A DNA stretch of 41,249 bases from Methylobacter sp. (GTDB lineage Bacteria; Pseudomonadota; Gammaproteobacteria; Methylococcales; Methylomonadaceae). Where the stretch lies: positions 1-41,249 of the forward strand of contig JAYTLW010000178.1 of NCBI GenBank assembly GCA_043729025.1, given 5' to 3'. Of the stretch, positions 29,118 through 38,257 are shown in pieces. Under the pieces are notes generated by a model, which was not told where the DNA came from, searched no databases, and saw only the letters and a list, made by a program, of their open reading frames with translations. Made by a program: the position numbers and the translations under genes. Each line of letters begins with the position of its first letter. Position 1 is the first letter of the stretch.

Positions 29118-31544
29118 ATGATGCCTGAGCAAGCAAATTATATTCGTTGGTTTAATGACACGCGATTAGAAGATATATCACTCGTGGGCGGCAAGAATGC
29201 CTCCTTAGGTGAAATGTACCGCGAACTTGCGTCCCAAGGTATCCGGATTCCTAATGGCTTTTCGGTGACCGCCCAGGCTTACCGCTATGTGCTGGATCAA
29301 GCGCACGGTTGGGAGGCGCTACATCAGGCATTGGATGATTTACATCCTGACGATGTTGTTGATCTTGCCAAACGCGCACGTAAAGCCAGGGAAATAATCT
29401 ACGCCGCGCCTTTTCCCGAAGACCTTGAGCAGCAAATCATTGAGGCCTTCAATCAATTAAAAAAACAGTATGGCGATGACTTAAGCGTTGCAGTGCGCAG
29501 CTCTGCAACCGCCGAAGATTTGCCCACCGCCAGTTTTGCCGGACAACAGGATACTTTCCTGAATATACGCGGGGATCTGGCCTTATTGGATTCCTGTAAA
29601 CGTTGTTTTGCCAGCTTGTTTACCGATCGCGCTATTCATTACCGCGTCGATCAAGGCTTCGACCATTTCAAGCTGGCCTTATCGATAGGCATTATGAAAA
29701 TGGTGCGCTCGGATCTGGATGCCAGCGGCGTGATGTTTTCGTTGGATACTGAATCGGGATTCAAAGACGTGGTGTTTATTACCGGCGCGTACGGGTTGGG
29801 CGAGAATGTCGTGCAAGGCGCGGTAGACCCCGATGAGTTTTATGTGCACAAGCCCACTTTTGAGCAGAGCCATCGGGCAGTCTTAAGACGCACTTTGGGT
29901 GCGAAGAAAATCAAAATGGTTTACAGCGATGGGCGCGCCGGTGTGTCTACCCGCAATATTGCGACCTCTGTAGAAGAACGCAATCGCTATTGCATTAGCG
30001 ATGCCGATGTTTTAACGCTGGCCGACTACGCCATTAAAATTGAGCAACATTACAGCAGCAAAGCGGGACTCGCCAAGCCGATGGATATGGAATGGGCCAA
30101 AGACGGCCTTGACGGTAAGCTTTATATCGTTCAGGCGCGGCCGGAAACCGTGGTTTCCCAACTGAACAGCATGATATTGGAACAATATCGCCTTAAACAA
30201 CAAGCCGAGCCGATTATCACCGGCCATGCGGTGGGCAGTAAGATTGCCACGGGCAATGCGCGGATTATCGATAAGGTCGAGCAGCTAAACAGTTTTAAGG
30301 CGGGCGATGTGTTGGTTGCCGATATGACCACGCCGGATTGGGAGCCGGTCATGAAAATGGCGTCGGCTATAGTCACCAACCGTGGCGGGCGCACCTGCCA
30401 TGCGGCGATTATCGCTCGTGAATTGGGCGTTCCGGCCGTCGTCGGTTGCGACAATGCCACGACCATGATTAAAAACAACAGCCCGGTCACCGTATCCTGC
30501 GCCGAGGGTGATGTTGGCAAAGTCTATTCAGGCAGGCTCGACTTCGACATTAAAACGACCGATTTGTCCGATCTGCAAAGGCCGAAAACTAAAATCATGC
30601 TCAATATCGGCAACCCCGAACTGGCTTTTAAAACCAGCTTCCTGCCCAATGACGGCGTGGGTTTGGCGCGGATGGAATTTATCATTACCGAATATATCAA
30701 GGCGCACCCGATGGCGCTGATACACCCGGAGCGAGTGCAGGATGTCGGTGAGCGTGAAAAACTGGAGCAATTGACACGCAATTATGCCAGCGCCGAAGAT
30801 TACTTTGTCCAAAAACTCTCGGAAGGCGTAGGCACTATTGCCGCTGCGTTTTATCCCAAGCCCGTCGTCGTGCGGATGTCGGATTTTAAAACCAACGAAT
30901 ACGCCAGCTTGCTCGGCGGGCATTGGTTTGAATTTGAGGAAGCCAATCCGATGATCGGTTTTCGTGGTGCGTCACGTTATATTCATCCCGCCTACGCAGA
31001 AGGTTTTGCGCTGGAATGTAAGGCCATGAAACGGGTGCGTGGGGAGATGGGCTTATCCAACGTTATTTTGATGATTCCTTTTTGCCGCCGCGTCGAGGAA
31101 GCCCGGCGTGTCCTCGACACCTTGGCGGAGTTGGGTTTGAAGCGCGGCGAGCAGGGACTGGAAATTTACGTGATGTGCGAGATTCCCAATAACGTCATTC
31201 AAATCGATGCCTTTTCCCAGTATTTCGACGGTTTTTCTATAGGTTCCAATGATTTGACTCAGCTTACTTTGGGCGTAGATCGCGACTCTGCGATCATCGC
31301 CGAAGATTTCGATGAACGCGATCCCGGCGTGAAAGAAATGATTCGTTTTGCCGTTGAGGGTGCGCAGCGTAACGGCAAACATTGCGGTCTTTGCGGTCAG
31401 GCGCCGTCCGATTATCCTGAGATGGCAGAGTTCCTGGTGGAAATCGGCATAGATTCGATGAGTTTGAATCCCGACTCGGTGTTACAGACTACGCAATTGG
31501 TGTTGGAAACTGAACGGCGTTTGGGCAGGCAATTGTCGCGTTGA
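29118..31544 (+). CDS. ppsA: Phosphoenolpyruvate synthase (pyruvate, water dikinase)
   Basis: VGGKNASLGEM, AVRSSATAEDLP.ASFAGQQ, GGRTCHAAIIARE, FSIGSNDLTQ. Confidence 0.97.
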   Translation: MMPEQANYIRWFNDTRLEDISLVGGKNASLGEMYRELASQGIRIPNGFSVTAQAYRYVLDQAHGWEALHQALDDLHPDDVVDLAKRARKAREIIYAAPFPEDLEQQIIEAFNQLKKQYGDDLSVAVRSSATAEDLPTASFAGQQDTFLNIRGDLALLDSCKRCFASLFTDRAIHYRVDQGFDHFKLALSIGIMKMVRSDLDASGVMFSLDTESGFKDVVFITGAYGLGENVVQGAVDPDEFYVHKPTFEQSHRAVLRRTLGAKKIKMVYSDGRAGVSTRNIATSVEERNRYCISDADVLTLADYAIKIEQHYSSKAGLAKPMDMEWAKDGLDGKLYIVQARPETVVSQLNSMILEQYRLKQQAEPIITGHAVGSKIATGNARIIDKVEQLNSFKAGDVLVADMTTPDWEPVMKMASAIVTNRGGRTCHAAIIARELGVPAVVGCDNATTMIKNNSPVTVSCAEGDVGKVYSGRLDFDIKTTDLSDLQRPKTKIMLNIGNPELAFKTSFLPNDGVGLARMEFIITEYIKAHPMALIHPERVQDVGEREKLEQLTRNYASAEDYFVQKLSEGVGTIAAAFYPKPVVVRMSDFKTNEYASLLGGHWFEFEEANPMIGFRGASRYIHPAYAEGFALECKAMKRVRGEMGLSNVILMIPFCRRVEEARRVLDTLAELGLKRGEQGLEIYVMCEIPNNVIQIDAFSQYFDGFSIGSNDLTQLTLGVDRDSAIIAEDFDERDPGVKEMIRFAVEGAQRNGKHCGLCGQAPSDYPEMAEFLVEIGIDSMSLNPDSVLQTTQLVLETERRLGRQLSR

Positions 31545-31635
31545 GCAAATAATTTTTCTATTATTGCGTTACAGTTCCGGTATGCTAGACTAGAATCGTA
31601 CGAAGGGTTCTGTATGGTTGCCAAAGGGGAACAAG

Positions 31636-32082
31636 ATGAAAAATTATCGCCTTTTTTTATTGGGTTTTGTGACGGCTACTTTGGTTTTGTTAACCGGCTT
31701 TAATAAGCCTGGGGTTGAAAGTATTCCTTTAGCGGCATCGGTACAAGTACAAATGGTTACGTCCGACAGCAAAGACAATTTCCTTAAGTCAAAACAGAAA
31801 AAAATCAAAAATAAGCATTTTATTCCGAGTGCAGATCAAGGCGCCGAGCTTCAAAAATCACTGGATCTTTCTATCCCCTTTAAAGATATTGAAAATGCCT
31901 CGCTGAAGCTTGAACAAAACAGGTTGGTTCCCGAAGAACCATCAAATATGTTCGCTGCTGAAAAGAAAAAAAAGCCGAGTCCTTTGGATTTAGGGGGGCA
32001 GATGTTGATGTCGCAGGAGCCGGAGGTGGATAAACGTAAATCGTTTGATGGTGCGGGCATTGTCATTAACTTGAAGCGTTGA
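31636..32082 (+). CDS. Hypothetical exported protein
   Basis: ATG at 31636 after AAGGGG; signal-peptide-like MKNYRLFLLGFVTATLVLLTG; no family recognised. Confidence 0.7.
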   Translation: MKNYRLFLLGFVTATLVLLTGFNKPGVESIPLAASVQVQMVTSDSKDNFLKSKQKKIKNKHFIPSADQGAELQKSLDLSIPFKDIENASLKLEQNRLVPEEPSNMFAAEKKKKPSPLDLGGQMLMSQEPEVDKRKSFDGAGIVINLKR

Positions 32083-32111
32083 GTATCGAATAAGTTGAAT
32101 CAGTTCAGTGT

Positions 32112-34112
32112 TTATTTCTTTCCAGATGTTATGACGGTTCTGTTCCTGCCTTCGTTTTTTGCGCGATACATGGCTTGATCGGCGACTTCGATCATATCGG
32201 TGTAATGGATATAATGCCGACTGTACAAGGACACGCCGATGCTAACCGTCAATAGATGACCATGAAACCGCCCGCTCAAAATTTTTCCGCGACGTTCAAT
32301 TTCTTTTCTTAAGCGCTCCGCATAGCCGTAGGCGCCGGTTTCATCGGTATTTTTAAGAACAAATAAAAATTCTTCTCCGCCATAGCGACCGATAAAATCT
32401 CCTGGCCTCGTTAGGCTGCGCAAAATATCGGCAACAATCTTTAAAGCATTATCGCCTGCCTGATGTCCGCAAATATCATTAAACAGTTTGAATTTGTCTA
32501 TATCGATAAAGCCTATGGCGATATTTTTCAGTGTGGATTCATCTGCTTGAAAAGTCTCAGTCAGGAAATTGCTGACCATGCGTTTATTGAAAAGCTGCGT
32601 TAAATGATCGAGCTGCGCGTGTTTTTTCTCCAGATCATATTGTCTGGCATTAAACATAGCTATCCCCAATTCATAAGCAATGGGCGTAATTTCGGGTATT
32701 AATAGCCCACGTATGGGCTGTTTCGACAGGGCATTATCTGCGTAAAGCACACCGATGAGACGATGGTGATGCAATACCGGTATTACGATAAACTCAGTAG
32801 TCTTTAAATGTTTAAATATGGGGTTGTCGCGTTCTATTTTGTTGTTGATGATGACGGCTTTTTTCTCGCGCAGGCATACTAATAACAAACCGGAAATGCC
32901 ACGAATGTCGATCTCAAAGGGTTGTCGCCGTGATAGTAATATTGATTTCGGCCACCAGTATGACGCGAGCAGGCAGCGGCGCTTAGGGTCGATGGTGAAC
33001 ATGATGCTGCGATCGAAAGAAAATTTGTCCTGCATTGCTTCCAGTGTTTTGGGTATGAAGTCATCAGGGTTAAGGCTGTGATGGGGTACGGTTAAACAGG
33101 ATAACGACTTTCGGTTGAGTGCGCCGCCAGTGCTTAAAGGTCTGTCCGCGCTTAATTGACTCAGGTTGATGGTCGCTTTGACCAGCGTGGCTCGTAAGGT
33201 GTTTAAACCCGGTAGCTGGATGTCGTAAAATTCTCGAGTTCTTTGCATGTCCAGGTCTGTCTGTTTAAGCAGCGCTTCAAGATCCAGTTGGTCGATATCA
33301 ATAGTTTCGAGTACAGCGCTCTGTAAGGTTGGATGGCTGTCGTAAGTAGCCGAACCAATGCCTTGTATCCAAGCTATATAGTTTGCGAAGGCAACGATAG
33401 CGATTTCTGTTTTAAAGTTAGCGTACGGCGAGTCTTCCGTTGGTTGACCATGGTGGAAGGCTACGATAGCCATAATCGATGTCGGTAATTGCCATTCCAG
33501 GCAAAAAATAAGCCCCATTTCGGCATGTGTTATCCCAAAAAAACGACGTTCTTCTTCTAAGGCCGAATGCTCACTTTTACCCATGGAATCGATAAAATCA
33601 CTGTAAGTAATACGTCCGTAGGTTTCCAGAACTACCTTGCCTATATCGTGCAAAAGTCCTCCCGTATAAACCAGATCCGGATCCGGATGCTTAAGTGCGA
33701 CGGCTATTCTTCTGCTTAACGATGCTACATACAGGCAATGCTGCCAGAAAAATAAGGTGTTAAATGTTTGCGATGAGTTATGTTTTATCAGCTTGTTATA
33801 AAACAGCAAATTTAGAGCGAGCTGACGTACTGCAGAAAACCCCAATATGTTAACCGCATGTTTTACAGAAGCTATTTTATGGGGTAAGGCATAGGCAGCT
33901 GAATTAACGTTCCTCAGGATTTTTGCCGCTAAGGTCGGTTCTGTTTCTATCGTTCGGGATAAGTCTTCAATTCTGACGTTGTCATCACTGGTCAGTTTCA
34001 GTAGCTTGATAGCAACGGCAGGCACGATCTGAAGATGCTTTATGTCATCCTTCAGAATTGAGCTGGCGGCTTTTATTATCAGCTCGGTATCGTCCTTGTC
34101 TTGGTCGGTCAT
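32112..34112 (-). CDS. HDOD + GAF-like + GGDEF diguanylate cyclase
   Basis: HDOD (AKILRNVNSA, FWQHC, GLLHDIGK), central GAF-like segment (IGVLYADN), DIDKFKLFND..GH..GD, GGEEF with an RxxD (RPGD) I-site. Confidence 0.92.
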   Translation of the reverse strand: MTDQDKDDTELIIKAASSILKDDIKHLQIVPAVAIKLLKLTSDDNVRIEDLSRTIETEPTLAAKILRNVNSAAYALPHKIASVKHAVNILGFSAVRQLALNLLFYNKLIKHNSSQTFNTLFFWQHCLYVASLSRRIAVALKHPDPDLVYTGGLLHDIGKVVLETYGRITYSDFIDSMGKSEHSALEEERRFFGITHAEMGLIFCLEWQLPTSIMAIVAFHHGQPTEDSPYANFKTEIAIVAFANYIAWIQGIGSATYDSHPTLQSAVLETIDIDQLDLEALLKQTDLDMQRTREFYDIQLPGLNTLRATLVKATINLSQLSADRPLSTGGALNRKSLSCLTVPHHSLNPDDFIPKTLEAMQDKFSFDRSIMFTIDPKRRCLLASYWWPKSILLSRRQPFEIDIRGISGLLLVCLREKKAVIINNKIERDNPIFKHLKTTEFIVIPVLHHHRLIGVLYADNALSKQPIRGLLIPEITPIAYELGIAMFNARQYDLEKKHAQLDHLTQLFNKRMVSNFLTETFQADESTLKNIAIGFIDIDKFKLFNDICGHQAGDNALKIVADILRSLTRPGDFIGRYGGEEFLFVLKNTDETGAYGYAERLRKEIERRGKILSGRFHGHLLTVSIGVSLYSRHYIHYTDMIEVADQAMYRAKNEGRNRTVITSGKK

Positions 34113-34211
34113 GACATCTGCTCCAGGGCCAGGGATCCGGTTTTATGTGATAAATACAGTCTAATAAATTGTTGGAGCAAGGTATGAGAATTGCCGCGCA
34201 CATTTTTTAAA

Positions 34212-34247
34212 TGACTAAGTTTTGATGATAACATCAAAACTTAGTCA
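34212..34247. repeat. Perfect 16-bp inverted repeat in a divergent intergenic region
   Basis: TGACTAAGTTTTGATG-ataa-CATCAAAACTTAGTCA. Confidence 0.9.
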
Positions 34248-34357
34248 CGATAACTACCCGGTACAAAATTTTCCCAATACATGGCGATAGTTTACAATAC
34301 CAACAAGTAAGTTCTCCGCTACAGCGGGGCGCAAGTAGACAGGATGCACTGAATCAC

Positions 34358-35293
34358 ATGAAAAAACTAAAATGCGCAGTTATCGGTACCGGTTATCTGG
34401 GTAAATTTCACGCCGAAAAATATGCGTCGTTACCTGATTGTGAGCTGGTCGCCGTGGTCGACATTAATGAAGCGGCAGCTTATGGAGTCGCCGAAAAATA
34501 CGGCGCAACAGCGCTGACAGATTATCAAGCCCTGTTAGGTAAGATTGATGCGGTCAGCATCGTTGTGCCCACGACACTGCATCACAGGGTTTCTAAAGAC
34601 TTTCTTAATGCCGATGCTCATGTGCTGGTTGAAAAGCCGATTACTGTGACGGTCGCAGAAGCCGATGAGTTGATCGCAATTGCCAAGGTAAGAAATCTCA
34701 TTTTACAGGTGGGGCATCTTGAACGGTTTAATCCGGCGGTATTGGGTCTGGACAAGGAAGAAAAGCCGCTGTTTATTGAGTCCCATCGCTTGTCGCCGTT
34801 TAATCCGCGTGCCAATGATGTCAGCGTGGTGCTGGATTTAATGATCCATGACATCGATATTATTTTAGCGCTGGTCGACTCAGAGGTGGAACGCATTGAT
34901 GCCAGCGGTACTGCGGTGTTAACGCAAGGCACCGATATTGCCAATGCCCGGTTGCTGTTTAAAAATGGTTGCGTGGCTAATGTGACGGCCAGTCGGATCA
35001 GCATGAAGATGGAGCGAAAAATGCGCATGTTCAGGCCAAGTTCCTATGTTTCGGTGGATTTTCAGAACCGGGTCTTAACCAAGCATTACACCGGCAAAAA
35101 AGAAATGTTCCCCGGCATTCCCGAAATAGAAACGGAAGAATCGGTTTTTGAAAGCGGTGACGCCTTGCTTGAAGAAATCAAGCATTTCGTTAACTGCATA
35201 CATACCGGCGACAACCCGCTGGTTTCCGGCGAGTCGGGAAAAAGAGCGTTGGCGACTGCGATAGCCATTACCCGATTATTGGGCGATAAATAA
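34358..35293 (+). CDS. gnnA: Gfo/Idh/MocA oxidoreductase, probable UDP-GlcNAc 3-dehydrogenase
   Basis: GTGYLGKFHA, VEKP, GHLERFNP, DLMIHDID, ANVTASRIS; upstream of a DegT aminotransferase and lpxB. Confidence 0.8.
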   Translation: MKKLKCAVIGTGYLGKFHAEKYASLPDCELVAVVDINEAAAYGVAEKYGATALTDYQALLGKIDAVSIVVPTTLHHRVSKDFLNADAHVLVEKPITVTVAEADELIAIAKVRNLILQVGHLERFNPAVLGLDKEEKPLFIESHRLSPFNPRANDVSVVLDLMIHDIDIILALVDSEVERIDASGTAVLTQGTDIANARLLFKNGCVANVTASRISMKMERKMRMFRPSSYVSVDFQNRVLTKHYTGKKEMFPGIPEIETEESVFESGDALLEEIKHFVNCIHTGDNPLVSGESGKRALATAIAITRLLGDK

Positions 35294-35294
35294 C

Positions 35295-35440
35295 TAGGTT
35301 GGGTTACGACTGCATGGATGCAGGAGGTAGAGCAATGCAGGAGCAATTGCCGAGGCGCGTCTTTTTGCGCCGTAACCCAACGTGTCGGGTACGGCATTGA
35401 TTTGTCGGGTTACGCGATAAAGCCGCTAACCTGACCTACG
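35295..35440. repeat. GTAG-type REP doublet, left unit interrupted by a 46-nt insert
   Basis: TAGGTTGGGTTAC[insert]GGCGC..GCGCCGTAACCCAAC then GTCGGGTTACGCG..CGCTAACCTGACCTACG. Confidence 0.85.
35308..35353 (+). mobile_element. 46-nt two-hairpin mini-element inserted in a REP
   Basis: GACTGCATGGATGCAGGAGGTAGAGCAATGCAGGAGCAATTGCCGA; its removal restores a perfect 15-bp REP stem; two more copies at 23518-23613. Confidence 0.8.
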
Positions 35441-35471
35441 AAATTCCAATAAACATAAAGGCGATAAAAAC

Positions 35472-36569
35472 ATGACACCCATGGTAAACCTGAAGGCTCA
35501 ATACCTTGAAATAAAAGATGAAATTGAGCGCGGTCTGGCTGAAACCATCGAACATTGCTCGTTTATATTAGGGCCTAACGTTCAGGCTTTTGAACAAGAA
35601 GCAGCCGACTATCTGGGCGTTAAACACGCCATAGGCGTGGCTTCGGGAACCGATGCGCTGCATCTGGCCTTGATCGCCGAAGGCATAACTTCCGGGGATG
35701 AAGTGATTACCACTGCCTTCACCTTTATTGCTACGGCGGAAGCCATTAAATATGTCGGGGCGATTCCCGTTTTCGTCGACATAGATCCCAAGACTTTTAA
35801 TATTTCACCGGAAGCTATAGAAAAAGCCATTACCCAGAAAACCAAAGCGGTCATGCCGGTGCATTTGTTCGGTCAACCAGCCGACATGACAGCAATTAAG
35901 CAGCTATGCGACCGGCATAATCTAAAACTGATTGAAGATTGTTGCCAGTCTTTCGGCGCAACGGTCAACGGCAAACAAACCGGGGCTATCGGTCATGCGG
36001 CCGGGTTTAGTTTTTTTCCGAGCAAGAATCTGGGCGCATTCGGCGATGGCGGGCTGGTCGTCACTAACTCCGACGACACAGCGGCAAAACTTAAAATGCT
36101 GCGCAATCATGGCTCGGATGTCCGTTATTACCATGATGTGATCGGCTATAACAGCCGCCTTGATGAAATGCAGGCAGTGATATTAAGAGCCAAATTAAAG
36201 CGTATTGACCAATATAATCAAGGCCGCCGCCATGCCGGGCGTCTTTATTCGGAGTTGATGGCCGATTTGCCGCTGACCACGCCGTTTGAAGACGGTCTGG
36301 GCGAGCACGTTTATCACCAGTACACCGTATTATGCGATCGACGCGATGAGGTGATGAAAGCCTTACAAGATAAACAAATCTCCTGTGCTGTATATTACCC
36401 CGTACCCTTGCACCGGCAAAATGTGTTTAAACTAGAATACGCCGGAGTCAGTTTGCCGGTGACCGAATTTGTGGCTGCCAATTGTTTGTCATTGCCGATC
36501 TGTCCGTCTCTCGAGGATGACACGATCAGGGAGATAGTGGCGGTTATTCGGGCTGTTTTGACGGCATAG
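35472..36569 (+). CDS. gnnB: DegT/DnrJ-family PLP aminotransferase, probable GnnB
   Basis: SGTDAL, PVHLFGQ, FSFFPSKNLGAFGDGG, GYNSRLDEMQA; lies between the gnnA-like gene and lpxB. Confidence 0.78.
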   Translation: MTPMVNLKAQYLEIKDEIERGLAETIEHCSFILGPNVQAFEQEAADYLGVKHAIGVASGTDALHLALIAEGITSGDEVITTAFTFIATAEAIKYVGAIPVFVDIDPKTFNISPEAIEKAITQKTKAVMPVHLFGQPADMTAIKQLCDRHNLKLIEDCCQSFGATVNGKQTGAIGHAAGFSFFPSKNLGAFGDGGLVVTNSDDTAAKLKMLRNHGSDVRYYHDVIGYNSRLDEMQAVILRAKLKRIDQYNQGRRHAGRLYSELMADLPLTTPFEDGLGEHVYHQYTVLCDRRDEVMKALQDKQISCAVYYPVPLHRQNVFKLEYAGVSLPVTEFVAANCLSLPICPSLEDDTIREIVAVIRAVLTA

Positions 36570-36614
36570 TTATTAACGCTCCCACAGAATACCTTTTATC
36601 TTGCACCTTCCCCC

Positions 36615-37766
36615 ATGCCCCAACATAAACCCTTAAAAATCCTATTCAGCGCCGGAGAGTCCTCCGGCGACCAACACGCTGCCGCTATGTTTGTTGAGCT
36701 GCAAAAGTTGCAGCCGGACATTAAAGGCCTCGGCATGGGCGGCGCCAAAATGGCCCAGGCGGGTATCGATATTCGTTATGATTCATCCCAAATCGCCGTC
36801 ATCGGCGTGGTTGAAGTCATCAAGCATTATGCCGAAATTCGTCGTGCGTTAAAACTGATGCAACAGTTGGTGGCAACTGAATGCCCCGACTTGCTGGTTT
36901 GCGTAGACTACAAAGAATTCAACTTTAAACTGGCGCATTACGCCAAGCAGCAGGGCATTAAAGTTTTGTTTTACGTCAGTCCCCAGGTCTGGGCATGGCG
37001 GCCAGGCAGGGTAAAGGCCTACGGCAAAGTCATCGACATGATGGCGGTGATATTTCCCTTTGAGACGGCTTATTACGACGCCGAAAAAGTGCCGGTACGC
37101 TACGTGGGGCATCCTTCGGTAGATAAAGTCCATGCCCGGTACAACAAAATTGAGGCTTTAAGCCGTTTCGGCCTGGATAAAAATGATCCGATAGTCGGCT
37201 TATTGCCCGGCAGTCGTGCCAACGAAATCAGGCGAATGTTGCCGGTCATGTTGTCCGCCGCAGAAAAAGTGCAGGCCGATTTGCCCGGATGCCAATTTAT
37301 CTTGCCGCAAGCCGATTCCATCAGCGATGCCTTGCTTGAAGACTACATCCGCCAGTCGCCGCTAGCCATAACGGTCATCAAAAATCAGCCTTACGACGTC
37401 ATTCAATGCTGTGACGCGGTGATGACCACATCAGGCACAGCAACCTTGGAAATCGCCTTGTTAACCGTGCCGATGGTCATCGCTTACAAGCTTGCATCGT
37501 TAACCTATTGGCTTGGCAGATGGCTGGTGCATACGCCCTTCATAGGCTTGCCGAATATTGTGCTAGGCAAACGCATCATCAAAGAACTGATTCAGCATGA
37601 GGCGACAGCAGAAAATTTATCTTCCGAAGTGCTGAAAATACTGACCGATAAAGCCTATGCCGAGCAAATGCGCCAAAACCTGGGCCGTGTTAAACAACAG
37701 CTAGGGCAGGGCGGCGGTTCCAAAAACATGGCGCTGCTGGCGTTGGAGATGCTGTCGATCCAGTAA
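36615..37766 (+). CDS. lpxB: Lipid-A-disaccharide synthase
   Basis: AGESSGD, YVSPQVWAWR, IFPFE, YVGHP, LLPGSR, SGTATLE. Confidence 0.96.
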   Translation: MPQHKPLKILFSAGESSGDQHAAAMFVELQKLQPDIKGLGMGGAKMAQAGIDIRYDSSQIAVIGVVEVIKHYAEIRRALKLMQQLVATECPDLLVCVDYKEFNFKLAHYAKQQGIKVLFYVSPQVWAWRPGRVKAYGKVIDMMAVIFPFETAYYDAEKVPVRYVGHPSVDKVHARYNKIEALSRFGLDKNDPIVGLLPGSRANEIRRMLPVMLSAAEKVQADLPGCQFILPQADSISDALLEDYIRQSPLAITVIKNQPYDVIQCCDAVMTTSGTATLEIALLTVPMVIAYKLASLTYWLGRWLVHTPFIGLPNIVLGKRIIKELIQHEATAENLSSEVLKILTDKAYAEQMRQNLGRVKQQLGQGGGSKNMALLALEMLSIQ

Positions 37767-37841
37767 ACCAAGAAAAATAAGCTAACTTCCAAAAAATAAA
37801 CTGCCACAGATTCTCAGATTAAAGGTATTAATAATCAGCCG

Positions 37842-37920
37842 CGTAAGCCGGGTTAGGGGACAGCGTAACCCGACATATCGAAGGCCATGTGCGGGTTACG
37901 CTAGCGCCTAACCCGACCTG
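37842..37920. repeat. Degenerate REP doublet between convergent genes
   Basis: CGTAAGCCGGGTTAG..CGTAACCCGAC...GCGGGTTACGC..CTAACCCGACCT; same family as 35295-35440 but without the insert. Confidence 0.75.
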
Positions 37921-37931
37921 GGCCTACTGCT

Positions 37932-38255
37932 TTAATAACGCGGCACCGAGCTATCGCAAGCACTGGACCAGGCATCAATACCCCCGGCTAAATTGGCCAC
38001 ATGCGCGAAACCCGAATTAACAAGATACTGGCAGGCTTGTGAGCTGCGCACGCCATGATGGCAAATCACCACGGTGTCTTGTTGCGGATTGAGCTCAGCC
38101 AGTCTTTGCGGAAGTTGATTCAGCGGAATTAACATGCTGTTTTCGATATGGGCGTATTCAAACTCATGGGCTTCTCTGACATCCAGCAACACCAGTTGCG
38201 GTTCGTTTTGAATGCGGGTTTTTAAGGCGGTCGCTGATACTTGTGTTACAGACAT
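37932..38255 (-). CDS. Rhodanese-domain sulfurtransferase
   Basis: LLDVRE..EF...HI, active-site loop CHHGVRS, NLAGGIDAWS. Confidence 0.92.
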   Translation of the reverse strand: MSVTQVSATALKTRIQNEPQLVLLDVREAHEFEYAHIENSMLIPLNQLPQRLAELNPQQDTVVICHHGVRSSQACQYLVNSGFAHVANLAGGIDAWSSACDSSVPRY

Positions 38256-38257
38256 GG

